Notes: generated by a model from the letters alone, not told the origin. DNA of 64,000 bases from Omnitrophica WOR_2 bacterium RIFOXYA2_FULL_38_17 (GCA_001805965.1 MHHG01000072.1:429-64428), one strand, 5' to 3'. Shown: positions 46,492 through 56,582, counted from the stretch's first letter. Translations and numbers: made by a program.

Positions 46492-49227
46492 ATGTTTAGC
46501 AAAGCTATAAAAAAAGTTATAGTATCGTTAATGGTTTTTGCATTTTTAGGGGCGCAAGTTTTTCCACTTTGTCCCGTAGATGCTAATGCCCAGAGTGCGC
46601 TTGTTTTGCCTTCAGCCGGAGCTATGATCCAAACAAGCCCTCCATTCAGTCCCGCAGTGATCCAAGGCATTACTTTATATCCAGAAAATCCTCTAAAGTT
46701 TGATTTTATAATTGATAAAGGTGATACCTATTTTGAATCAGAAGAATTTCAGGATGAAGCTAATAGGCTTATCAATTATTTTATGGCGTCACTGACTGTT
46801 CCTGAAGATGAGATGTGGGTCAATCTTTCACCATATGAGAAAGATAGGATTATTGCCGATGGTTTAATTCAAACGGAGCTAGGACGTGATATGCTTGCGC
46901 AGGATTATTTATTGAAACAGATAACAGCTTCTTTTATGCATCCTGATGGAAGTGTCGGGGCTGAATTCTGGAAGAAAATATATGAAAAGGCACAAGCCCT
47001 TTATGGGACGACAGAAATGCCTGTTAATACCTTTAATAAAGTTTGGATCGTTCCTGAAGAGGCGGTTGTTTATGTGCATGGAACAAGCGCTTTTGTTGTT
47101 GAGAGCCACCTGAAAGTCATGTTAGAAGGTGATTATATGGCTCTTGACAATAATTCGTTCAATAAAAAAATAGGAACGGACCAAATAGAAAAGAGAGATG
47201 TCGAAAAGATCAGTGATGTTTCATCTGCTATTGTCCGGGATGTAATCCTTCCAGAGCTTGAAAAAGAAGTCAATGAAGGAGAGAACTTTGCTACTCTTCG
47301 CCAGATGTTCAATTCGATGATACTTGCAACATGGTATAAGCAGAATCTGAAAAATAGCTTGTTTGGAGAAGCATATATTAACAGGAATAAAGTTTCTGGA
47401 ATTGACCTTGCAGAGCGGGGCGTTAAGGAAAAGATATATGACCAGTATGTAGAAGCTTTTAAAAAGGGAGTTTATGATTTCGTAAGGGAAGAATATGATG
47501 ATGCTACTCAAGAGATAATTCCTAGAAAGTATTTTTCAGGTGGGATTGTCGGACAGAAATCTGTAAAAGATACTTCTATGTTGGGAGACAATGACAAAAT
47601 AGGATCATTGTTGGATGGTGAAAATAAAGAGAAAGTTACAGTTGAGATAAAAGTTGGCGATAGAGATGTAAGTGATGCTACGAGAGCCTCTGATGCAGTT
47701 GTTTCAGACAATAGAGAGGAGTATCCACTTAGAGTTGAGGGGGATACCGGAGATTATACTTATTCTTTATCATTTGTTAATCCTAAAAGAAGAAGACCGA
47801 CAATGGTTCCAAATGCGATAGAGGTAAACAGAAAGCTTACCAGAAAAGAATTGGATGAATATAATGAACTTTCTTCCGAAGAAAAAGCAAAAAGAAGAGT
47901 TGATAGCGGCATAGAGAAGGTTGATATTGATTTGAGAAGAATCATTCATGAGAAATTTGAGGGATTTTTAACCAGGACTGATTATGTTCAGAATGTTCTT
48001 GGAGATATTGACTCTGACGTATATTTTCAAGATATAAAACATATAGACATAGAGTTTATTAGATTATCAGAGAGAGTAGTTTTCAATGTAAAAATATACA
48101 CTAAAGATGGAGGATCTGAGCCTAGTGAGGAGTTTATAGCTAAGGTAGTAAGGAAAAGAAATCAGCTTGAAGCGGGCGAGAACGAATTTGAATTTGAGCA
48201 GATTGCAGATCAGCAGGTGGAAGCTTTTGAAAAACTTAAAAGTAGAGGAGTAAGATTTGTCCCAAGGTATGCAAAAACTGTTGATGGTGTTTATTATGAG
48301 GAGGTTATTAGGGGAAAATCAATTTTGCAATATGCTGCAAGTGAAGGGTTGACAACTGAAGAGATTGAAGAGATTGCATATACGTGGCTGACTATTTGGA
48401 GGCATGTTAAGGATTCTTCGGATCCTACTTCGTCTGATCCCAAAATGCTTGACCTGAATCCTGGCAATATCATGATAAGGGAAGGGGAAGACCTTCTTGA
48501 CAGTCATGTTGTTATTGATATATTTAGCACCTCAAAGGGTAGTTATAATCCCAAGAGCCTGGTTAGAGATTTGTTGAGGTTTTATGTCTACGGCGGTAAT
48601 CCTGCAGTGACAGTCAAATCAAAAAAGTCAAATGATATTGAGCCTGTACTCGAGGGTATTTATAGAGGGCTTGATTATGACAGGGCGCAAACGATAAAGT
48701 TCCTTACGAGCATAACTCATTCGCCTGTTGTGCCTTTTAGGCAGTGGAGCGGGAAGGGGCAGGACCCAAGGATCAGTGATCTTGAGTTTTATGCAGTGAT
48801 TGAACAGTTTTTAAAAAGGGAATTTGGTTATCAAGAAACTACAACTGCTCTTGAAAGATATAACAATATAGAAAATTTTAAAGGGAATCAAAGAAAGGAG
48901 CGCGCTATTGCAAATATGAGAGCAAGAGCAGAGAATGCGACAGGGGAAAATTCAAGAAATTCATCAGATAGTATTGCGGCTCGCGGAACAGAATCTCCTA
49001 CAGCAAACCCTGGTGGTATCGACCTTGATGCTGATAATATGAACTTAAAAGTTGAAGGGAATATGTTCAATTTTCAATTGCCTGATGATTTTGAGGGCAT
49101 TGATATTAATGCAGAAGGATTTTTGCCTGTCATAATAAATATCTCACCAATTATCGATATGCCGCTTCTTCTTGGAGTTGCAGAAGATGAGGAATACCAG
49201 CCGCAGTTAAGTTATTCATTAAATTGA
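46492..49227 (+). CDS. secreted modular protein (911 aa): conserved N-module, atypical protein-kinase-like core, conserved C-module; paralog of 6478..13482
   Basis: Signal peptide ...FLGAQVFPLCPVDANA. Residues ~40-390 are ~65% identical to the giant protein N-module (e.g. MWVNLSPYEKDRIIADGL, GRDMLAQDYLLKQ, KVWIVPEEA, HLKVMLEGDY, LEKEVNEGENFATLRQ). Core has IAKVVRK (beta3 Lys-like), LDLNPGNIMI (catalytic-loop-like HxDLxPxN) and VIDIFS (DFG-like). C-terminus PGGIDLD...LPVIINISPIIDMPLLLG is shared with the giant protein. Confidence 0.8.
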   Translation: MFSKAIKKVIVSLMVFAFLGAQVFPLCPVDANAQSALVLPSAGAMIQTSPPFSPAVIQGITLYPENPLKFDFIIDKGDTYFESEEFQDEANRLINYFMASLTVPEDEMWVNLSPYEKDRIIADGLIQTELGRDMLAQDYLLKQITASFMHPDGSVGAEFWKKIYEKAQALYGTTEMPVNTFNKVWIVPEEAVVYVHGTSAFVVESHLKVMLEGDYMALDNNSFNKKIGTDQIEKRDVEKISDVSSAIVRDVILPELEKEVNEGENFATLRQMFNSMILATWYKQNLKNSLFGEAYINRNKVSGIDLAERGVKEKIYDQYVEAFKKGVYDFVREEYDDATQEIIPRKYFSGGIVGQKSVKDTSMLGDNDKIGSLLDGENKEKVTVEIKVGDRDVSDATRASDAVVSDNREEYPLRVEGDTGDYTYSLSFVNPKRRRPTMVPNAIEVNRKLTRKELDEYNELSSEEKAKRRVDSGIEKVDIDLRRIIHEKFEGFLTRTDYVQNVLGDIDSDVYFQDIKHIDIEFIRLSERVVFNVKIYTKDGGSEPSEEFIAKVVRKRNQLEAGENEFEFEQIADQQVEAFEKLKSRGVRFVPRYAKTVDGVYYEEVIRGKSILQYAASEGLTTEEIEEIAYTWLTIWRHVKDSSDPTSSDPKMLDLNPGNIMIREGEDLLDSHVVIDIFSTSKGSYNPKSLVRDLLRFYVYGGNPAVTVKSKKSNDIEPVLEGIYRGLDYDRAQTIKFLTSITHSPVVPFRQWSGKGQDPRISDLEFYAVIEQFLKREFGYQETTTALERYNNIENFKGNQRKERAIANMRARAENATGENSRNSSDSIAARGTESPTANPGGIDLDADNMNLKVEGNMFNFQLPDDFEGIDINAEGFLPVIINISPIIDMPLLLGVAEDEEYQPQLSYSLN

Positions 49228-49360
49228 CCTAATACAACATAATCTAAGATTGAAATAATGAAAAAAATTATTGTTCATTTTTTTGAAAAATAATAAATTT
49301 TTAGGTTATAATCGATATTATACTAATTTATACTATTAATATTAAATTGGGAGGATTTTT

Positions 49361-50257
49361 ATGAAAAGGTTTATTTGCTTACTGATAATTATGTTATGTT
49401 TTATATCGGTTGCTTTTGCATCAATTGTTGTTCTTGAAACCGGGCAGACAATCGATGGAGAGATAACAGAAAGAAATGATGATCATATAAAAATAAATTA
49501 TGAGGGGATTGAGGTAACTTTTTATTTAGATGAAATAAGCACTATTGATAATGTTGCTGTTGAAGTGCCAGAGGCTGAAGATTATAGTGAAACAGATTCT
49601 CAAGCATATGCCGAGATTGAGCCTGAGCAAGAAGATTATTCAGCGTTTGTTGATGCGCCTGTGCAGGATAATCTGGTTGAACAGGTTGAACAGGTTGATT
49701 CAGGATCATATTTTTCAGGTGAAAAAAGCGGCCAGGTCTCACAGGCTTTAAGTAGCAGTTCCAGAGCCTCAACGGATAATGTTTTTGGTGCTCAACAAGG
49801 TTTTGGGGCACAGAAAACTATGTCTTTAAGTGAGAAGTTGGCTCAAAGAGGTATGGGGCAAGGTGAAATTCCAAGGGCAGCTTTGGGTGCCGTGTTGGCA
49901 CCTTTCATGATTGTAATGATGTTTTTATTGCTTATACTTGCAGCTAACTGGAGAATATATTCAAAGGCTGGTTATCCAGGATGGGCCTCTATTGTGCCAA
50001 TTTATAATATTTACATATTGGTGAAAATAGCCGGAAAGCCGGTCTGGTGGATGCTTTTGATGTTTATCCCGATCGTTTCGATCGTTATTTTTATTGTAAT
50101 CAATATCGGTATTGCGCAGAATTTTGGTAAAGGGATTGGATACGGATTAGGATTAACGTTTTTGCCTTTGATCTTTGTTCCTTTGCTAGGCTTTGGCAAT
50201 GCGCAATATATATCTAATCAGAAGGTTGGCAATCCTCTGGCTGACATTGCTGTCTAA
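49361..50257 (+). CDS. hypothetical membrane protein: signal/anchor, acidic linker, C-terminal 3-4 TM bundle
   Basis: RBS GGGAGG. N-terminal hydrophobic MKRFICLLIIMLCFISVAFA. Asp/Glu/Gln-rich middle. C-terminal helices (WASIVPIYNIYILVKIAG, WWMLLMFIPIVSIVIFIVINIGIA, GLGLTFLPLIFVPLLGFG). Confidence 0.45.
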   Translation: MKRFICLLIIMLCFISVAFASIVVLETGQTIDGEITERNDDHIKINYEGIEVTFYLDEISTIDNVAVEVPEAEDYSETDSQAYAEIEPEQEDYSAFVDAPVQDNLVEQVEQVDSGSYFSGEKSGQVSQALSSSSRASTDNVFGAQQGFGAQKTMSLSEKLAQRGMGQGEIPRAALGAVLAPFMIVMMFLLLILAANWRIYSKAGYPGWASIVPIYNIYILVKIAGKPVWWMLLMFIPIVSIVIFIVINIGIAQNFGKGIGYGLGLTFLPLIFVPLLGFGNAQYISNQKVGNPLADIAV

Positions 50258-50305
50258 GTTGTTACAGTTCCGGGAAGGTTATGTCTGAAAATACAAAGAG
50301 AGGAA

Positions 50306-51754
50306 TTGATGGGGAAGAATAGAAAGCTTTTACTTGTGATTGTTTTTGTTTTGTTCGGATTGACGACAGGTATTATTTCTGCGAACGAAAAGGCCCAGAC
50401 AGTAGCTTCGCAACAAGAGTCAAAAAAATTCAGTGTTCTTACGATCGAGAATTTTATCGCGCTTGCTGCGACCAACGACACGGTTTTTGAGTCTATCTTG
50501 ATCGATGAGCTTGCTCTTAAATATAAGAAAGACCTTAAGCTTCCGGCAAAGGACCTGGTTTTTTCAGTTAAGAATGAATATGATATGTTCTTAAGTAAGG
50601 ACAAGGAAGACCCAAGTTCTACAGTGTCACTTAGTAAACTTTTTCCGAATACCGGCACAAGCCTGACCGCAGGTTATCAATCTACTCCATCGTTCACATC
50701 AACAACAAATTCATCAGAGTTTACGTTCACAATTTCTCAACCTATCGCTGAAAATGCTTTCGGCAAATCCACCAGGCTTTATGATCAGATATTAGGGATT
50801 GAGATCGATGTTGCAAAACACCAGATAATTGAGGCATATGAGGATTATATGGCTACGATCATAGGAGTTTATTATGATTGGTATGAGGCATATACTAACT
50901 TAATGATAGGCCAGTCTTCATATCAGGAAAATTTAAAATTGCTGGAAAATACCAAAGAGCGGGAGAAAAGCAAGATAGCCCTACCTATTGATGTAAATAA
51001 GGTCAATATTCAAGTGCTTGCTAAAAAAGAAAAGCTGAGTAATTTAACAGGAGCTTATGACAAGGCTCTTAATATTATGGTAACAGCTATTCGCTATGAA
51101 GGATCTGAGCCCTTAATACCACAAGAGCCTTTTATTTATAGCGGCAAGGAAATTGAATTCTCTTCAGAATATAACGATTTTGTGGAGAATAGCAGAACAT
51201 ATCAAGTTCTGCGTTTATTGGAGGATAAAAGTTCTTTTGAAGTGGATAAGAACGCTAATGAGCTGTTGCCTTCTATTAATCTTCTTGTGGGTTATGAAGT
51301 TAATGGTGATGATTTTGGTATTAAAAATGAGGACAATATGGTTTATGCAGGTATTTCAATGGACTGGCCAATTGGAGAGCAGATTGAGAGGGCTGAATAT
51401 GAAACTTCAAAAGTCACGCTTAGTAAAACGCGTTTAACAAAAAAAAATGCACATTTTCAGCTTCAAACTGACCTTAAGAACCTGCATCGTCAGATTATAA
51501 GGGAAAAGGAAATCATTGGGATAATTGACCAAAAGATAGAGCTTGCAGAAGCGGTTTTAGCCGACGAGACCGAGAACTATTCTTTTGGGAAGGTGACCCT
51601 TAATGATTTTATCCAGGCAGTTAATGTTTTGGATGACAATCGTTTTAGTGAAATACAACATTCTGTAGAAAAGAGAAAGCTTATAGTTGAATGGCTGAGG
51701 CTTACTGATCAGCTTATCAGAAAAGATTCAATTGTAAGAGAGGATTCAAGATGA
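50306..51754 (+). CDS. TolC-family outer-membrane efflux protein-like (482 aa)
   Basis: Signal peptide. N-terminal LTIENFIALAATNDTVFESILIDELAL matches the OEP consensus (L-s-L-x-e-a-i-x-x-A-l-x-n-n-p). Two coiled-coil-rich repeats, size typical. Confidence 0.5.
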   Translation: MMGKNRKLLLVIVFVLFGLTTGIISANEKAQTVASQQESKKFSVLTIENFIALAATNDTVFESILIDELALKYKKDLKLPAKDLVFSVKNEYDMFLSKDKEDPSSTVSLSKLFPNTGTSLTAGYQSTPSFTSTTNSSEFTFTISQPIAENAFGKSTRLYDQILGIEIDVAKHQIIEAYEDYMATIIGVYYDWYEAYTNLMIGQSSYQENLKLLENTKEREKSKIALPIDVNKVNIQVLAKKEKLSNLTGAYDKALNIMVTAIRYEGSEPLIPQEPFIYSGKEIEFSSEYNDFVENSRTYQVLRLLEDKSSFEVDKNANELLPSINLLVGYEVNGDDFGIKNEDNMVYAGISMDWPIGEQIERAEYETSKVTLSKTRLTKKNAHFQLQTDLKNLHRQIIREKEIIGIIDQKIELAEAVLADETENYSFGKVTLNDFIQAVNVLDDNRFSEIQHSVEKRKLIVEWLRLTDQLIRKDSIVREDSR

Positions 51755-53238
51755 AGTATATACTATCAATTGATCAGGGGACGACGGGAAGCAGGGCTAT
51801 CCTTTATGATAAGAAAGGCATGATCAAAGCTAGTTCTTACAAAGAGTTCAGACAGATCTTTCCAAAGCCTGGGTGGGTTGAGCATGACCCTATAGAAATA
51901 TGGCAAAGCGTTAAAAGCTCGATACAAAATGTTTTGAAAAAGGTCTCTTCCTCAGATATTGAAGCTATCGGTATTACGAATCAAAGAGAGACTACGGTTG
52001 TTTGGGATAAGGATACAGGCAAGCCTATATATAATGCAATATGCTGGCAGTGCAGGAGGACTTCGTTAAGATGTGATAAATTGAAAAATAAAAAGGGTGA
52101 AGTTAAATTGTTTAGGGATCTAACGGGGCTTCCTATCGACGCCTACTTCTCAGCAACAAAAATTGAATGGATCTTGAAGAATGTTAAAGGTGCTTTAGCA
52201 AAAGCGCGATCAGGAAAACTGCTTTTTGGTACGACGGATTCATGGGTCTTATGGAATTTGACTAAGGGTAAGGTTCATGCAACAGATTACACTAATGCCT
52301 CGAGAACCATGATCTTTAACATTGATAAACTAAAATGGGATGATGTGCTGCTTAAGAGGTTTAATATCCCAAAACAGATGCTGCCATCTGTTAAACAATC
52401 CTCCGGCGTGTTTGGTTATACTGAAAAAACAGGTAAGTTGAAAAAAGGTATACCGATCTGTGGCCTTGCTGGAGACCAGCAGGCTGCTCTTTTCGGTCAG
52501 GCATGTTTTTTACCGGGCACTATGAAGAATACTTATGGAACAGGGGCATTTGTTCTTCTTAACACCGGAGAGAAAAGAGCTCATTCTAAGTTTGGCCTTA
52601 TTACAACGCTAGGTTGCGGCCCAAAAGGTGAGCCCGTTTATGTTTTAGAGGGGGCAATATTTATTGCCGGAGCAGCTATCCAGTGGCTTCGAGATGGGAT
52701 TAAAATTATTTCGAATCCAAGTGAAACAATGAAAATGGCTAAGTCATTAAATTCGAATGAGGGTGTTTATCTGGTTCCAGCTTTTGTTGGGCTGGGGGCT
52801 CCGTATTGGGATCAGAACTCGCGCGGGATAATACTTGGATTGACAAGAGGGACAAAAAGGGAAAATATTGTTCGCGCGGCTTTAGAGGCGATGTGTTATC
52901 AGACTAAAGATGTTATTGAGGCTATGCAGAAAGATTCCGGTTTGAGGATCAAAAGCCTGAAGGTTGACGGTGGCGCTGTTGCAAACGAGTTTTTGTGCCA
53001 GTTCCAGGCGGATATTGCTGGCATTGATATTGTCAGGCCCAAGACAATTGAAACCACTTCTTTGGGGGCTGCCTATTTAGCCGGCCTTGCTGTAGGTTAT
53101 TGGAAGAACACTCAAGAGATCGGCAAATGCTGGATGCAAGATAAGAAGTTTTCTCCCAAAATGCAAAAGAAAGACATTCAAAAATATTATTCTGAATGGA
53201 AAAATGCTATTTCAAAAACACTTTCTTGTAATAAATGA
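51751..53238 (+). CDS. glpK: glycerol kinase
   Basis: FGGY kinase signatures: ILSIDQGTTGSRAILYD, GWVEHDPIEIW, ITNQRETTVVWDK, LFGTTDSWVLWNLT, GDQQAALFGQ, VDGGAVANEFLCQFQADI. Confidence 0.9.
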   Translation: MKYILSIDQGTTGSRAILYDKKGMIKASSYKEFRQIFPKPGWVEHDPIEIWQSVKSSIQNVLKKVSSSDIEAIGITNQRETTVVWDKDTGKPIYNAICWQCRRTSLRCDKLKNKKGEVKLFRDLTGLPIDAYFSATKIEWILKNVKGALAKARSGKLLFGTTDSWVLWNLTKGKVHATDYTNASRTMIFNIDKLKWDDVLLKRFNIPKQMLPSVKQSSGVFGYTEKTGKLKKGIPICGLAGDQQAALFGQACFLPGTMKNTYGTGAFVLLNTGEKRAHSKFGLITTLGCGPKGEPVYVLEGAIFIAGAAIQWLRDGIKIISNPSETMKMAKSLNSNEGVYLVPAFVGLGAPYWDQNSRGIILGLTRGTKRENIVRAALEAMCYQTKDVIEAMQKDSGLRIKSLKVDGGAVANEFLCQFQADIAGIDIVRPKTIETTSLGAAYLAGLAVGYWKNTQEIGKCWMQDKKFSPKMQKKDIQKYYSEWKNAISKTLSCNK

Positions 53239-54671
53239 CAAATAAAAATTACGATATTATTATTATTGGCGGAGGGGTTGTGGGCTGCTCAATAGCTCGT
53301 GAACTCTCAAAATATGATTTGAAGATCGCTCTTCTTGAAAAAGAAGTTGAACTTGCTTTTGGGGTTTCAAAATCTAATAGCGGTATAATCCATCCCGGAA
53401 CACAGGCCAAGTCGGATTCACTAAAGGGGAGGCTGTGTGTAGAGGGTAACAAATTAATAAGAAAGATCGCAAAAGAATTAGGAATAGATTTTCAGGAGGT
53501 TGGCGAGCTTATTGTTGCGTTCAGTGAAAAAGATATTGCTAAGCTTAAAGCGATAAAGGCAGAGGCACAGAAGCTTGGTGTTGAGAATATGCGAATTGTT
53601 GGCCGGCGCTGGCTAAAGGTGAACGAGCCGAACTTGAGCAAGGATGTTGTTGCCGCATTGTTCATTCCGAGCGCCGGTATAATCAGCCCTTACAGAATGA
53701 CCTATGATCTTAGCGAGAATGCAGCAAAGAATGGAGTTGAAATATTCACTAATAATGAAGTTAATGATATTGTTTTTAAAAAGAAGAATTCCTTTGAAAT
53801 AAAGACCGCTAAGCGTGTATTTAAAACGAGGTATGTTGTTAATGCTGCTGGTTTATTCGCTGATAAGATCTCAGGGATGGTGGGCATAAATGATTTTAAA
53901 ATAACACCGCGTAAGGGGCAGGAGTTTTTGCTTGATAAGAAAAGAGAGAATGTTGTAAATCATATTATTTTCCCGCTACCGACAAAAACATCAAAAGGCG
54001 TTTTGGTCATTAAAACTTCCGACGGGAATCCAATGGTGGGCCCGACAGCCCGGGATGTAGATGACAAGGAAGACCTTTCAACAACAGATGATGGCCTTAA
54101 AGAGGTCCTATCTTCGGTTAAGCAAATGGTCCCATCAATAAATGAAAGTGACATTATTGCATATTTTTCCGGGTTAAGGCCGGTTGCCGGAGATGATTTT
54201 ATTATCAGGCATGAATCAAGTGTGCCTGGATTTGTTAATGTGGCTGGTATTCAGTCGCCAGGATTAACAGCAGCTCCGGCTATAGCTAAAATGGTTTGTT
54301 CGGTTTTGCAGAATAACGGATTAACGCTTTTAAGGAAAAAAGATTTTAAAAGATACCGAGCGCAAACGGCGCATCTTTTTAAAATAAGCAAAGCCAAGGC
54401 CAAGAAGCTTATTAAAGAGCATGAAGGTTACGGAGATATAGTCTGCAGATGCGAGATGGTATCCCGCAAGGAAATAGAAGAGGCGATAGATAGAGGAGCA
54501 ACCACACTTGACGGAATTAAATTCAGAACAAGGGCGCAGGCAGGAAGATGCCATGGCGGGTTTTGCACGACAAGGATATTAAAAATACTTTCAGAGAAAC
54601 TTAATGTGCCGATAACTTCGGTAACTAAAAGAGGAAAAGGGTCTTTGATAGTAAAAGGTAAAAGAGCTTAA
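53235..54671 (+). CDS. FAD-dependent glycerol-3-phosphate dehydrogenase-like oxidoreductase with C-terminal BFD-like [2Fe-2S] domain
   Basis: ATGA overlap with glpK. N-terminal FAD Rossmann DIIIIGGGVVGCSIAREL. C-terminal VCRCEMVSRKEIEEAI...CHGGFC (BFD-like Cys pairs). Confidence 0.75.
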   Translation: MTNKNYDIIIIGGGVVGCSIARELSKYDLKIALLEKEVELAFGVSKSNSGIIHPGTQAKSDSLKGRLCVEGNKLIRKIAKELGIDFQEVGELIVAFSEKDIAKLKAIKAEAQKLGVENMRIVGRRWLKVNEPNLSKDVVAALFIPSAGIISPYRMTYDLSENAAKNGVEIFTNNEVNDIVFKKKNSFEIKTAKRVFKTRYVVNAAGLFADKISGMVGINDFKITPRKGQEFLLDKKRENVVNHIIFPLPTKTSKGVLVIKTSDGNPMVGPTARDVDDKEDLSTTDDGLKEVLSSVKQMVPSINESDIIAYFSGLRPVAGDDFIIRHESSVPGFVNVAGIQSPGLTAAPAIAKMVCSVLQNNGLTLLRKKDFKRYRAQTAHLFKISKAKAKKLIKEHEGYGDIVCRCEMVSRKEIEEAIDRGATTLDGIKFRTRAQAGRCHGGFCTTRILKILSEKLNVPITSVTKRGKGSLIVKGKRA

Positions 54672-55648
54672 TGAAAGAACGTGAACTTGTAATAGTCGGA
54701 GGAGGGCCTGCTGCAATGGCGGCGGCTATTTCTGCACATGAACGAGGGGTCAGGGATATTCTGCTTCTTGAGAGAGACCAGTTCCTTGGCGGAATATTGA
54801 ACCAGTGTATTCACACTGGCTTTGGCCTTAACTATTTTAAAGAATTGCTCTCTGGTCCGGAATATGCCCATAGATTTATTGAAAAGATCAAGGGGATCAA
54901 GGATATCGAGATATCATTGCAGTCGTTTGTCACTCATTTAAACAGCGATAAAGAATTAATATATTTAAGGCCTGGAGAAATGAAAGAGGTCCGTGCCAGA
55001 GCTATTATTATGGCAACTGGCTGCAGGGAAAGGACAAGAGAGATGATACATGTCGCAGGCACGAGGCCGGCGGGTATCTTTTCAGCAGGACTTGCCCAAA
55101 AACTTATAAATTCTGAGGGGCTTCTTCCGGGACAAGAAATAGTTGTGGTCGGATCTGGGGACATCGGACTTATCATGGCCCGCAGGTTCACTCTTGAAGG
55201 CGCAAAGGTCAAGGCCGTGATCGAGATACAAAAGGAAACTAAGGGATTGGTCAGGAACGTTGTCCAATGCCTGAATGATTTTAATATACCTCTTTATTTG
55301 AGCCATAAGATATCCAGGATTTATGGAAAAGACAGGGTTGAAAAAGTTGATGTGATCGCGGTTGATGATAACTTCAATGAAGTTGATAATTCAAAATTTG
55401 AAATTGAATGTGATACGGTTTTGATCTCAGCAGGACTTATACCTGAAAATGAATTAATTGAAATGGCGCAGGTAAAAATGGACAAGAGGACTAATACCCC
55501 TATATCTGAAAAAACCAATAAGACGTCTATCGAAGGGCTTTTTGTGTGCGGTAATGCTTTTAAGATCTATGACCTCGTGGATTCAGTAACAAGAGATAGT
55601 ATTGCTGCCGGAGAAATGGCAGCGGAATACTTGGGATATAAAAAATGA
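54671..55648 (+). CDS. NAD(P)/FAD-dependent pyridine-nucleotide-disulfide-type oxidoreductase subunit
   Basis: Two dinucleotide-binding GxGxxG/A motifs (LVIVGGGPAAMAAA; IVVVGSGDIGLIMARR). Overlaps the neighbouring genes at both ends (operonic). Confidence 0.7.
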   Translation: MKERELVIVGGGPAAMAAAISAHERGVRDILLLERDQFLGGILNQCIHTGFGLNYFKELLSGPEYAHRFIEKIKGIKDIEISLQSFVTHLNSDKELIYLRPGEMKEVRARAIIMATGCRERTREMIHVAGTRPAGIFSAGLAQKLINSEGLLPGQEIVVVGSGDIGLIMARRFTLEGAKVKAVIEIQKETKGLVRNVVQCLNDFNIPLYLSHKISRIYGKDRVEKVDVIAVDDNFNEVDNSKFEIECDTVLISAGLIPENELIEMAQVKMDKRTNTPISEKTNKTSIEGLFVCGNAFKIYDLVDSVTRDSIAAGEMAAEYLGYKK

Positions 55649-56001
55649 AAAAAGAGATCATATGCATAGAGTGTCCTAACGGCTGTGTCTTATCGCTTGA
55701 GATCAAAGACGGGGAGATCGTTAATTTGGAAGGTAATAAATGCGATAAGGGAAAAGTATATGCTGTGAGCGAGATCGAGAATCCTGTCAGGGTCTTAACG
55801 ACCACTGTTATGTCAGAAGGGTTATCTGTTCTCATGGTGCCTGTAAAGACAAGGGAGCCTATTCCCAAAAGCGAGCTGCTAAATGCCATGGAAAAGATAA
55901 GAAAGATAAAAGTTAAAAGGTCTGTCGAAGCAGGAGAAGTGATTGTGAGGAATTTTATGGGTTTGGGAGTTGATCTTGTTGCAACGCGCAGCGTTAGCTG
56001 A
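55645..56001 (+). CDS. DUF1667-like small Cys-containing protein (118 aa)
   Basis: ATGA overlap with the upstream gene. IICIECPNGCVLSLE Cys cluster. This small protein recurs 3' of the two oxidoreductase genes beside glpK in anaerobes (recalled, not searched). Confidence 0.5.
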   Translation: MKKEIICIECPNGCVLSLEIKDGEIVNLEGNKCDKGKVYAVSEIENPVRVLTTTVMSEGLSVLMVPVKTREPIPKSELLNAMEKIRKIKVKRSVEAGEVIVRNFMGLGVDLVATRSVS

Positions 56002-56022
56002 TAGGGGCGATAGGGTATTTTT

Positions 56023-56265
56023 ATGTATTTACTGATCGAAGAAATAATAGTATTGCTTTTTATATTGATATCTGTTCCTGCTTTTGTTTATGCTCTTGGA
56101 AAATTGACTAAGAGAAAGCTGTTCAATAAAAAATGGATCGTTCTGCTTTATGCTCTGATTTTTTATATATTTTTTATGAACGCTGAGAAAATCATGCGCA
56201 ACATCAAGGATGATTATAAATTAATAATACCAGGTTTTAAAAGTGAATTATTGGAAAAGGAGTAA
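56023..56265 (+). CDS. hypothetical small membrane protein (80 aa)
   Basis: Two hydrophobic helices (IIVLLFILISVPAFVYALG; WIVLLYALIFYIFF). Tightly spaced between operon neighbours. Confidence 0.3.
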   Translation: MYLLIEEIIVLLFILISVPAFVYALGKLTKRKLFNKKWIVLLYALIFYIFFMNAEKIMRNIKDDYKLIIPGFKSELLEKE

Positions 56266-56267
56266 AA

Positions 56268-56582
56268 ATGGATTTTAAAGAGTATCAGCAAAAATGTCTT
56301 AATACTTGGTTTGGTGAACAAAAGCTGCTTAGGGCATTTTTTGGAGTTGCCGGAGAAGCCGGCGAACTTTCAGAAAAGATAAAAAAACACCTTAGAGGGG
56401 ATTATGACCTCGAGGAATTAAAGAACAGGTCAGAAAAAGAAATAGGGGATACTTTGTATTATTTGGCTGTCACTGCGCATGAGCTTGGGCTGGACCTTGG
56501 ACAGATTGCAGAGAATAATATTGCTAAGCTTGCTAAAAGGAATATAGAAGGTAAAATTAAGGGAGATGGAGATAACCGGTAA
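56268..56582 (+). CDS. MazG-like nucleotide pyrophosphohydrolase domain protein (104 aa)
   Basis: FGVAGEAGELSEKIKKHLRGDYD...EIGDTLYYLAVTAHELGLDLGQIAENNIAKLAKR is the MazG/NTP-PPase four-helix EExxE...DxxY signature. Confidence 0.6.
   Translation: MDFKEYQQKCLNTWFGEQKLLRAFFGVAGEAGELSEKIKKHLRGDYDLEELKNRSEKEIGDTLYYLAVTAHELGLDLGQIAENNIAKLAKRNIEGKIKGDGDNR

Noticed and set aside
51153-51437. 94-aa alternative-frame ORF inside the TolC-like gene
   Set aside because: Internal shadow ORF.
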